DNA of 61,961 nucleotides, counting the filler, from Pseudomonadota bacterium (GTDB lineage Bacteria; Desulfobacterota; Desulfobacteria; Desulfobacterales; JBDRRP01), in assembly GCA_043825735.1 (NCBI GenBank). It is 6 parts of 6 records of this genome, joined end to end, with 100 filler letters (N's around TTAATTAATTAA, not from the genome) between each part and the next. Parts side by side here need not be neighbours in the genome. Positions count along the whole stretch, not along the records: positions 1 to 8,227 come from JBDRRP010000140.1; positions 8,328 to 14,871 come from JBDRRP010000141.1; 4 more parts are not named here. One strand, written 5' to 3'. Below are positions 1 to 9,305 of this stretch, piece after piece (position 1 is the stretch's first letter; every line of letters begins with the position of its first letter). A model generated the notes under the pieces. It searched no databases. It saw nothing but the letters and a program-made list of their open reading frames with translations, and was not told the origin of the DNA. A program made the translations under genes and the position numbers.

Positions 1-2
1 GG

Positions 3-680
3 GAGAAGCTTAAGGCATTGAAGGCGGATTACATCAACGCCTATATGGGGATGCACAAAAAAGCGAGACTCAATCACGCCCAGGATAAAGCCAAGAGTGA
101 GATCGCACGGGATTACCGGGTAGCCCAGCTTCAAAAGCTGACAGCCATCGATTTGCTCAATCGGCAGCAGTTGATCGAGTTCCAGGACCGGCTTGGTAAG
201 CTGAAAACTTGTTTTGGACTGACTGAGCGTGACCTGGAAGCAGATCCCAAGTGCCCACACTGTAACTTTTGGCCAGGAATGGAAACCGCCGGTCCCTCTG
301 CCAACTCGGTCATAGATGCACTACGCAGCGATCTTAGCAATCTGCAGCGGTCATGGACGCACTCCTTGCTTTCGGATCTGGGGGACCCTGTTGTTCAGAA
401 GAACTTTGAGTTGCTGAAGCCCAAGCAGCGCAAGCTCATCGATGCCTTCATTGCATCTAAAGAGATTCCGGATGAGATCGGAAACGACTTTCTGCAAGCA
501 TTAATAGACGCGCTTTCCGAACTATCCAGCGTCCCGGTGCGGGTCAGCGACCTTCGCGCAGCATTGTTCCCTGACAATGGAGCGGCGACGCCAGGGGAAC
601 TCAAAGACCGTTTCGAGAGGTTCATTTCGGATCTGCTCAAGGGGAAGGATGCAGGGAAAACCAGAATTGTGCTGGAGTAA
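3..680 (+). CDS. C-terminal part of DUF6079-family ATPase (BrxC/PglY of type III BREX), 5'-truncated by window edge
   Basis: Open from window start; CPHC motif and C-terminus ...ELKDRFERFISDLLKGKDAGKTRIVLE as I recall for DUF6079 proteins; followed by methyltransferase and SNF2 helicase in BREX-3 order. Confidence 0.75.
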   Translation, partial: EKLKALKADYINAYMGMHKKARLNHAQDKAKSEIARDYRVAQLQKLTAIDLLNRQQLIEFQDRLGKLKTCFGLTERDLEADPKCPHCNFWPGMETAGPSANSVIDALRSDLSNLQRSWTHSLLSDLGDPVVQKNFELLKPKQRKLIDAFIASKEIPDEIGNDFLQALIDALSELSSVPVRVSDLRAALFPDNGAATPGELKDRFERFISDLLKGKDAGKTRIVLE

Positions 681-683
681 ATC

Positions 684-2525
684 ATGACCAGAGACGAGTT
701 GATTGAGCGCCTGAAAGGCCACGAATGGCGGGATATCGAGTTCAAAGCTGCTCAATTCGAAGTGCCCAGAGACGTTTATACCACCGTATCAGCCTTTGCC
801 AACACCGAGGGCGGCCATATCGTCTTCGGAGTCAAAGGGAAGAAAGGCGGCTTTGAAATTGTAGGCGTAATTCCGGATTGCGTTGATAATGTTCAGAACG
901 CATTCCTCAATACGATCCGGTCCGGTAATAAGGTCAGTGTTATTGTTCCTGTGCGTGAGAGCATAATCCAGGACGATGCCGGCACGGTGTTGGTCTTTTT
1001 CATCCCGGAAGCCAACCGCAAGGAAAAGCCTGTACACCTCGACGGCAGGTGGGAGGAGTCTTACATCCGTCGAGGCGCTTCCGATCAACGCTGCACTGTG
1101 GAAGAGGTCAAACGATTTATCCGTGATGCTTCATCGGAACCTTTCGATGGCGAGCCAATAGAGGACATTTCAGCAGAAACGTTTTTCGATGAAGAAGTCG
1201 TTGCCTGGTATCGTGGGGTTTTCAACAGAAGGGAACCCGGACGTCATGAAGCGCTCAGCGACGTCGAATTCCTTCGGGACTGGGGGTTCATCATTGAGAA
1301 GCAGAAGGCACTGACCCCTAACCGGGCTGGGATTCTCTTTTTTGGCAAGGCACGCTATGTGAGGCAAATCCTTTCCCGCCCTGTCGTCGATTTTCAGCGT
1401 ATCGACTTCCCGAGCGACGAATGGACCCCTGAAAAACGATGGAATGACCGTGTTATTGTGGAAGAGAACCTGGTCCGGGCATGGTGGCTTTTGGTCGACC
1501 GATTCATGAAAGTCTCCGAACGTCCATTTAGCATCGACGCTACGACAATGCGAAGGGATGACGAGCCGCCGGACTATATCTCCTTTCGGGAAGCGGCAAT
1601 CAACTTGCTCATGCACCAGGACTATGGCGACCATGGACGCCTTGCTCGTATTCAGATTTTTCGTGACCGTACCGTCTTTTGGAATCCCGGCGACGCCTTC
1701 TACACCAAGGACCAGCTGCTCGACACCGGCACCAAGGCGGTCCGCAATCAGAATATCGTGAACGCATTCCGTCGGATCGGGCTCAGCGACCAGGCCGGAA
1801 CCGGGATTCGTGCCATATACAAAAACTGGAATGCGCTCGGAAACGTTCCTCCCGAAATGGACAACAATCGAGCCGAAAAAACCTTTGAACTCATCTTAAA
1901 GCGGGAACCGCTGTTCACCGAACGCCAACGAACACTTCAAGCCACGCTTGGAGTCCACCTATCGGAAGCCGAGGCCGAGGCCTTCGCCTATGCCTGCAAG
2001 ATGGGCCGGCTCTCTGTCACCGACGTTCGCTCGCTCACTACCAGTACTGCGGCCGAGGCCACTGCCATCCTTGATCGGTTGGTTCTCCAGGTCCTGCTTA
2101 AGGCTGTTGATAGCGAGGCGGGAATCTATGAACTACAGGATCAGTTTAAAACCACCCAGGCCTGCTTGCCCAGTGAACAAGTAGAAGCTAATGCCGGCCA
2201 CTTGCCCACTGAACAAGTAGGCAAAAAGGGAAAAAGCTTGCCCAGTGGTCAGGTAAGGCCACTGACGGAACTGGCTGCCAGGCAGTGGGACATTCTGGCG
2301 CTCTGTGATATGCCCAGATCTCTCAAAGAACTGCTTGAACTGGCAGGGATAAAATCAAGAAATTACTTTGTTTCCAAATACTTGCAGCCGATGCTCGATG
2401 CCAGGCTGATCCGGATGACAAATCCAGAGAGCCGAACGGCGCCAAATCAACGATATGTTCTCACAAAGACCGGTCTGGAACTGAATGCGTGGGCTCAGGA
2501 CAACCGAAAGCGGCCGGACAAATAG
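684..2525 (+). CDS. Schlafen/AlbA_2 domain + HATPase_c_4-like domain + C-terminal winged HTH protein
   Basis: N-terminal EWRDIEFK and VSAFANTEGGHIVFGV; FREAAINLLMHQDY, WNPG, RNQNIVNAFRRIGLSDQAGTGI; C-terminal YLQPMLDARLIRMTNPESRTAPNQRYVLT. Confidence 0.85.
   Translation: MTRDELIERLKGHEWRDIEFKAAQFEVPRDVYTTVSAFANTEGGHIVFGVKGKKGGFEIVGVIPDCVDNVQNAFLNTIRSGNKVSVIVPVRESIIQDDAGTVLVFFIPEANRKEKPVHLDGRWEESYIRRGASDQRCTVEEVKRFIRDASSEPFDGEPIEDISAETFFDEEVVAWYRGVFNRREPGRHEALSDVEFLRDWGFIIEKQKALTPNRAGILFFGKARYVRQILSRPVVDFQRIDFPSDEWTPEKRWNDRVIVEENLVRAWWLLVDRFMKVSERPFSIDATTMRRDDEPPDYISFREAAINLLMHQDYGDHGRLARIQIFRDRTVFWNPGDAFYTKDQLLDTGTKAVRNQNIVNAFRRIGLSDQAGTGIRAIYKNWNALGNVPPEMDNNRAEKTFELILKREPLFTERQRTLQATLGVHLSEAEAEAFAYACKMGRLSVTDVRSLTTSTAAEATAILDRLVLQVLLKAVDSEAGIYELQDQFKTTQACLPSEQVEANAGHLPTEQVGKKGKSLPSGQVRPLTELAARQWDILALCDMPRSLKELLELAGIKSRNYFVSKYLQPMLDARLIRMTNPESRTAPNQRYVLTKTGLELNAWAQDNRKRPDK
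2165..2255 (+). repeat. Three 36-bp-period repeats with quasi-palindromic core CTTG-N2-CA-N-TG-N2-CAAG inside the gene linker
   Basis: cttgcccagtgaacaagtag (2165), cttgcccactgaacaagtag (2201), cttgcccagtggtcaggta (2237). Confidence 0.8.
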
Positions 2526-2660
2526 TTGGCGTATCCAAGCCAACTTGTCCACTACCAATGTGTACAAGTTGGAACTTAGTCAGTCTTCGAGTGACCAACC
2601 TACAGCCAAGCAGGGTACATGTTAGTCACTGACCAAGTTTTCAGAACGGAGTAGCGATAT

Positions 2661-5558
2661 ATGCCACAGATGAAACAGATAGGCGGCGACATGCAAAAAG
2701 ACATTGGCCTGTCAACTATGTCCGACCAATCAGGGCCAGTTGAATGCCTTGGAATGGAATTTTCGGACGACAATGCCAGGCACGAGTATTTCATTGAGAA
2801 ACTTGCTGAAAAGCTGAAGGACCCGGAGTTCAGAAAAATCGATGGGTTTCCCATTGGTGAGGACGAGGACATCCTTGCACTATCTAACCCGCCCTATTAT
2901 ACGGCCTGTCCTAATCCCTGGCTGGCAGATTTCGTTGGCTGCTACGGGTCATCGTTTAGTCCTAAAGATAAATACCACCGTGAGCCTTTCGCAGCGGATG
3001 TGAGTGAGGGCAAGACTCACCCCCTTTATTCTGCTCATGCCTACCATACTAAAGTGCCACACAGGGCAATCATGCGGTACATCCTGCATTACACCAAACC
3101 TGGTGATTTGGTAATGGATGGATTCTCAGGGACGGGAATGACCGGAGTCGCTGCTCAATTGTGTGGTAATAGAGAGGAAGTCCAAGCACTCGGCTATCGG
3201 GTAAAGGATGATGGTACAATAATTGACGAACGTGGAAATGCAATCTCAAAACTTGGCGCTCGTCGTGCGATTCTTAACGATCTCTCGCCGGTAGCATCGT
3301 TTATTGCTGCTGGCTACAACGCACCTATCGACATTGATGTTTTCAAAATGGAAGCCAATCGCATCTTGCGCGATGTCGATGAAGAACTCGGATGGATGTA
3401 TGAAACAAACCACCCCGGAGGGGGAAAGAAAGGCAGGATCAACTACACCGTATGGAGCGAAGTTCTTGCCTGTCCAGAATGTGGTGAAGAAATAATTTTT
3501 TCTAAAACTGCATTTGATTCTTCAACAAAAAAGATAAATAAATCATTTTCATGCCCTCGATGTTCCGTTGCTTTAACAAAAAACAGCCTTGAACTGATAT
3601 TCGAAACCTATTTCGACCCAGCTATACAAGATACTGCCAAACGCCCAAAACGAGTTCCTGTCTTAATTAATTACAGTGTCGGCAAAACAAAGTATGAAAA
3701 GGCACCGGACGATAATGATATGTCGATCCTTAGGCGCATCCAGGAACTTCCAATTCCTACGATCGTACCCACCTTCAAGATTCCTGACATGCAAATGATG
3801 CGTGTTGGCCGGATGAAGACTACAGCAGTTACCCACTTGCACCACTTTTTCATGCCTCGGGCTACTCAAGCGCTTGGCTTTCTCTGGAAGAAAGCTCAAG
3901 CAATTGAAAGCCGCTCATCTCGATCTGCGATTTTGTTTCTCGTTGAACAGGCAATTTGGGGCATGTCGGTTCTCGCGCGGTACGTACCGACTCATTACTC
4001 ACAAGTAAACCAATATCTATCAGGTGTTTTTTATGTTGCATCCCACATCGTTGACGTTTCACCATGGTACATACTGGATGGAAAGGCCAAGAGGCTCCAA
4101 AAGGCTTTCTTAACGATTGCTCAGAACAATGCTCCAGTAATAATTTCATCAAGTGATTGCGCTCAACTGCCATTGCCTCCAAGCTCGCTGGATTATGTAT
4201 TCACAGATCCACCCTTTGGAGAAAATATTTACTACTCTGATTTAGATCTGCTCATTGAATCATGGCATCGAGTTTTAACAAATCCTCAACCAGAGGCCAT
4301 AGTAGATAGAGTTAAGAAGAAGGATCTTAGAGATTACAAACATCTAATGCTTTTGTGTTTTAAAAAATACTTTGATGCTTTAAAACCAGGGCGTTGGATA
4401 ACTGTAGAGTTTTCAAATTCTCAAGCATCAGTCTGGAACAGTATTCAGACTACATTACAGGAGGCTGGTTTTGTCGTCGCCAATGTTGCAGCCTTGGACA
4501 AAAAGCAACGTAGCTTTCAATCTGTAACATCACCAACCGCGGTGAAGCAAGATTTGGTCATCTCAGCATACAAACCAAACGGAGGTTTAGAAACACGCTT
4601 TGCGAAGAGTGCAGAAACGGAAGGTGGGGTCTGGGAATTCATTAGGACGCATTTAAACAATCTTCCTGTTGTCCGCCCCAGAGGTGGCCAACTGGAGCCG
4701 ATCGCAGAGCGTGACCCCCGGATACTTTACGACCGCACAGTTGCCTTCTATGTCCGCCATAACATTCCAGTCCCCATATCGTCACCGGAGTTTCAATCAC
4801 TGCTTGCAGACAAATTCCCGGAACGGGACGGCATGTATTTTCTACCGGAACAGGCTGTCGAGTATGACAAGACACGAATGAAAATGGAAGGGGTCGGTCA
4901 GCTCAGCATTTTTGTGGAGGACGAACGCAGTGCTGCCAACTGGCTGCGCAGCTTCCTGAAAAGGAAGCCCTCCAAGTATCAGGAAATCCAACCTGAATTT
5001 TTCGAACAATTGAACCAGAGCTGGAAAAAATGGGAGACCCGACCGGAGTTGCGGGCGATGTTGGATCTGTATTTCCTCTGCTATCACGGTGAAGGGGATG
5101 TGCCATCGCAAATCCACAGCTACCTTTCCACTAATTTCAAGGAATTGCGAAACCTGCCGGCAGACAATGCCATGCTGAAGGCAAAAGCGCGTGATCGCTG
5201 GTATGTTCCAGACCCAAAAAATCAAGTTCAAGTTGAGCAGTTACGGGAAAAGCGGCTGTTGGAAGAGTTCTGGACCTATCTTCCCACCGGATACGAGGCG
5301 GCTGCACGCAGGAACGAACCTCAGCAGAACCTGCCGGGGTTGGACCAGCCCAAGGTTAAGACACCCAAAGGAAAACGTCTGGCGATTGTCCGAACCGAAG
5401 CGGTGCGTATTGGATTCAACTATTGCTTCGGAAGAAACGACTACCACACCATTATTGCCGTGGCGAACTATATTCCCAATGATGTGATTGAAAACGATGA
5501 GCAGCTGCAAATGATCTACGATAGTGCTGTCACGAGAAGCGGCATCGAGCCGGATTGA
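2661..5558 (+). CDS. DNA amino-methyltransferase, PglXI-like (BREX type III)
   Basis: Motif I DGFSGTGMTG, motif IV FTDPPF, internal CPEC...CPRC Zn finger, N-terminal VECLGMEF...KLKDPEFRKIDGFPIGEDEDILALSNPPYYTACPNP; start could be 2661, 2691 or 2718. Confidence 0.8.
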   Translation: MPQMKQIGGDMQKDIGLSTMSDQSGPVECLGMEFSDDNARHEYFIEKLAEKLKDPEFRKIDGFPIGEDEDILALSNPPYYTACPNPWLADFVGCYGSSFSPKDKYHREPFAADVSEGKTHPLYSAHAYHTKVPHRAIMRYILHYTKPGDLVMDGFSGTGMTGVAAQLCGNREEVQALGYRVKDDGTIIDERGNAISKLGARRAILNDLSPVASFIAAGYNAPIDIDVFKMEANRILRDVDEELGWMYETNHPGGGKKGRINYTVWSEVLACPECGEEIIFSKTAFDSSTKKINKSFSCPRCSVALTKNSLELIFETYFDPAIQDTAKRPKRVPVLINYSVGKTKYEKAPDDNDMSILRRIQELPIPTIVPTFKIPDMQMMRVGRMKTTAVTHLHHFFMPRATQALGFLWKKAQAIESRSSRSAILFLVEQAIWGMSVLARYVPTHYSQVNQYLSGVFYVASHIVDVSPWYILDGKAKRLQKAFLTIAQNNAPVIISSSDCAQLPLPPSSLDYVFTDPPFGENIYYSDLDLLIESWHRVLTNPQPEAIVDRVKKKDLRDYKHLMLLCFKKYFDALKPGRWITVEFSNSQASVWNSIQTTLQEAGFVVANVAALDKKQRSFQSVTSPTAVKQDLVISAYKPNGGLETRFAKSAETEGGVWEFIRTHLNNLPVVRPRGGQLEPIAERDPRILYDRTVAFYVRHNIPVPISSPEFQSLLADKFPERDGMYFLPEQAVEYDKTRMKMEGVGQLSIFVEDERSAANWLRSFLKRKPSKYQEIQPEFFEQLNQSWKKWETRPELRAMLDLYFLCYHGEGDVPSQIHSYLSTNFKELRNLPADNAMLKAKARDRWYVPDPKNQVQVEQLREKRLLEEFWTYLPTGYEAAARRNEPQQNLPGLDQPKVKTPKGKRLAIVRTEAVRIGFNYCFGRNDYHTIIAVANYIPNDVIENDEQLQMIYDSAVTRSGIEPD

Positions 5559-5565
5559 TCAATTT

Positions 5566-8227
5566 ATGGGGAACAGCCAAGAAACGGATGAATCGAAAAG
5601 CGAATGGGCTTGGTCAAAAACACACCAGGCCTTGGTTCGCATCGTAGAATCGATAGACCTTTGGGATTTGCCTTCTGTCCGGATCTGGTTGCCGGACCGT
5701 GATGCCATTGTGCAGGTTCCGGCAAACGACCTGCTGGCGCCGTCTCATGCCATAGAGCGCAAGACAGTGGAAGCTCGCTTGCGATATCTACTCATGGCGG
5801 CACGGCTGTCCAATCTGCTAACCGAAGATGTGTTGCTTGCACCCATTGACGCTTCTGTTATCCCTTTGCCCCACCAAATCAGGGCACTGCGAAAAGCCAT
5901 TTCGCGGGACCGCGTTCGTTTTCTGCTGGCTGATGAGGTTGGGTTGGGAAAAACCATCGAGGCAGGACTCATCCTCCGGGAGTTAAAGCTTCGCGGCTTG
6001 GTGACACGGTCTCTGGTGATTTCCCCGCGTGGGTTGATCATGCAATGGATCGCAGAGATGAAGACACACTTCGGCGAGAAGTTCCGTCATTTCCAGCCAG
6101 CCGATTTTCCATCATACCGCCGGATAGCGGAGACTGACAACATCTGGCAAGCGTACCCGCAGATCATCTGTTCGCTCGACGCGGTGAAACCCCTGGAGTC
6201 CCGTAAAGGTTGGAGTCGGGAGCAACTCGACCAACACAACCAGGACCGTTTTCTGGATCTCATAAGCGCAGGCTGGGACCTGATCATTGTCGATGAAGCG
6301 CACCGCATGGGAGGAAGCACTGCCCAAGTGGCACGCCACCAACTGGGCAAGGGATTGGCCGAGGCTGCGCCATATCTGCTCCTGCTCTCGGCAACCCCGC
6401 ATCAGGGAAAGAGTGATGCCTTCCACCGGCTTCTTACACTGTTGGATCGAGACGCCTTCCCGGACCCGTCCAGTGTCGTGAAGGAGCGCGTTCTCCCTTA
6501 CGTTATCAGGACCGAAAAGCGACAAGCGATCGATGCCGATGGAAAACCGCTTTTCAAGCCGCGTGTCACCAAGATGGTCACCATCCCTTGGAAAACTGAG
6601 CATGAAAGCCAACGCCAGCTTTACGAATCTGTTACCGAGTATGTGCGAGCGGGCTACAACCGGGCTTTGAGAGAAAAAAAGGGATATCTTGGCTTTCTGA
6701 TGATTCTCATGCAGCGCTTGGTCACCTCGTCCACACGGTCAATTACGACCACTTTGGCGCGGCGCATGGATGCCTTGAATCAAAGCGTCGACTCGAATTC
6801 TCGGGAATTGATGTTATTCGATGACGATTGGGGTGATTTGGACGGGCAGGCTCAGCTTGAGGACTTACTGGCGTCAAGATCTACGCCTCTGGATGCCGAG
6901 AAAGAAGAAGTCCGACATCTTCTCGACCTGGCATTCCGGGTGGAAGCCCAAGGCCCAGATGCGCGTGCCGACGCATTGCTGGAATGGATCTATACCCTGC
7001 AGAAGGAGGAGGGTGAGCCCGACCTGAAAATCCTCATATTTACCGAATTCATTCCAACGCAGGAGATGCTGGCCGAATTTTTGACAGTAAGGGGTTTTTC
7101 GGTAGTCTGCCTGAATGGGAGCATGGATATGGACCAGCGCAACCACGTCCAGGATTGTTTTGCAGGGGACGTCCGTATCCTAATTTCCACAGATGCCGGC
7201 GGGGAGGGCCTCAATCTCCAGTTCTGTCACGTTGTCATCAACTACGATCTCCCCTGGAACCCGATGCGTCTGGAACAACGCATCGGTCGTGTGGATCGCA
7301 TAGGTCAGACGAAGATCGTTCGGGCCATGAATTTTGTATTGGAAGATACCATTGAATGCCGCGTTCAAGAGGTCCTGGAGGAAAAGCTCTCTATCATTCT
7401 GGATGAGTTTGGCGTCGATAAAACCGGCGATGTACTCGACACCATTGAAGCCGGCGCGATTTTCGACAAACTTTATCTGGAAGCACTGCTTCACCCCGAA
7501 CATATAAGCGATACTGTGCAAAGGGCGGCTGCCACTGTCCAGGAAGAGGCTTCACGCGCTCGGGCACAACAGTCCCTGTTCGACGATCCGGTTGCCTTGG
7601 ACACAGCCGACGCAATGAAGACGCAGCAATTGCCCATTGGGGAATGGATCGAAGCGATGACATCGAATTACCTCGATGCTCATGGTGGGTCCCTCAAACA
7701 TGATGGCGCTGCGTTCCAGATCCGCTGGCCGAATGAACAAGATACACATTTGGTTGCCTTCCCAGGGCGCCAATGGAACCTGCCCGCCGGTGTTGATCTG
7801 CTATCGCTCGAACACCCGAGAGTCCGAGGGGTGATTACCCACTTGCCCCGCCAGGCTCCTGGATGTCCCATCGAATGTATCACCCTTGACGGCATTCCCG
7901 ATGAAATTAACGGCTTTTGGTCACTTTGGAAGATCGGAATGCTTACCTCTGACCGGCGCCGCCAACGCATACTGCCTGTATTTGTTCATGATGATGGACG
8001 CGCGCTGCAGCCTACCGCTCGATATCTTTGGGAGGAGCTCAATATCAATCGATGGCAGGTCAACGGCGCTGTCGCTGGTGGCAAAAACCAAGAGGCTTTT
8101 CGTGCTTCCATGGCGGCTGCCATGGAACAGGGGCGTGAGGTATTTATGCAACTCAGGCAGCGGCATTTGGCGCAATTGAACCTGGAAAACGACAAAGCTG
8201 AATACAGCTTTCGTGCCCGTCGCAAGC
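5566..8227 (+). CDS. SNF2-family helicase, BrxHII-like, 3'-truncated at contig end
   Basis: LLADEVGLGKT, IVDEAH, LLSATP, STDAGGEGLNLQ, QRIGRVDRIGQ. Confidence 0.85.
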
Positions 8228-8327
8228 NNNNNNNNNNNNNNNNNNNNNNNNNNNNNNNNNNNNNNNNNNNNTTAATTAATTAANNNNNNNNNNNNNNNNN
8301 NNNNNNNNNNNNNNNNNNNNNNNNNNN
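8228..8327. other. Artificial contig linker
   Basis: 44 N + TTAATTAATTAA (stops in all six frames) + 44 N. Confidence 0.97.
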
Positions 8328-8374
8328 TGTGGGTCGCCGCGAATATTCTAACAATTTTAAATGGTTAGGTATGC

Positions 8375-8402
8375 TCGCAACATAAATTCTCTTATCGAAG
8401 GT
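8375..8402 (-). other. dif-like / tyrosine recombinase core site
   Basis: Reverse complement ACCTTCGATAA-GAGAAT-TTATGTTGCGA: 11-6-11 layout with ATAA and TTATGT inner arms. Confidence 0.45.
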
Positions 8403-8968
8403 TTGGCTGTAAGTGTGATTTCCAGAAGATGTCTCAGGTGGACATAGTGGGATGAATCGACATGTTATGGGTTCAATTTATTGAAACGGAAAAACTTAAG
8501 GGATGTCCCGCTTTCTGCGGATGGAACTTCTCACCTTTAACGACCCCGAATTCCGCCTGCCTGCCACTTGTCCAGCCATAGTTCGAAGAACGACGGCGGA
8601 TAACCCGCCTGGAGGGCTTCTATCCCGGTGAGCGGAGCTTTTACAGCTGTGTGCTTGACCGGTTCACAGCAGGGAGATCATTGTCTTGGCATGGCTCTAT
8701 ATTCGAGATCGGCTTCTTGAAAGCCGGATATCCCCAACTATCAATTCCAGTTGGCCATCACCGAGGCAATCGGTCTAAGTCGGTTAAAACTAATACAATC
8801 GGAAATAGCGTTTGACAACAGGCCTTCGTCTGGCATATTTTATCCTTGTTTATCCCGGTTTGTCTGGATTAAAGACCCGTAAATCAGATCCATGGCAAAC
8901 CCAACCATGAACCGATAGCAGAAGGCCATTGCGAGACAACCAATGGTGCTAAATGTGAGTAGAGACAA

Positions 8969-9172
8969 ATGATGGAAGATCGATGGCTCTCCGTAGACGA
9001 TATTGCGGCTTATCTCGGCATCAAGCGGGATACTGTTTATAGATGGATAAGTGAAAGAAATATGCCTGGGCACAAGATCGGCCGCTTGTGGAAGTTTCGG
9101 AAAGAAGAGGTCGACGAGTGGATGCGAAGCGGAGGTGGCACGGAAAAGCGCAAAGACAGTGCCAAGGAATGA
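8969..9172 (+). CDS. Excisionase-like HTH_17 DNA-binding protein
   Basis: DRWLSVDDIAAYLGIKRDTVYRWI...MPGHKIGRLWKFRKEEVDEW; a type commonly found at the head of RM operons. Confidence 0.85.
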   Translation: MMEDRWLSVDDIAAYLGIKRDTVYRWISERNMPGHKIGRLWKFRKEEVDEWMRSGGGTEKRKDSAKE

Positions 9173-9185
9173 TCGGGAAAAGGAT

Positions 9186-9305
9186 ATGAGTGAAATGAAT
9201 CTGTTCCGCATCAAGGGCGATACCGTTCAGGGTCTCGAGGATGGGCAAAATCGAGAGCGGCCGGTAATGATCAGGCGCCAGAACCAGGGGAGATGCTGCG
9301 CATGA
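9186..9305 (+). pseudogene. Probable 5' remnant of a NucS/DUF91-like endonuclease gene
   Basis: RBS AAAGGA then MSEMNLFRIKGDTVQGLE, resembling recalled MSDIKLFRI...VxELxG starts; stops after 39 codons. Confidence 0.35.

Noticed and set aside
2165..2255. Mini CRISPR array
   Set aside because: Only three units, about 20-bp repeats with 16-bp spacers, in frame within a CDS, and no cas genes
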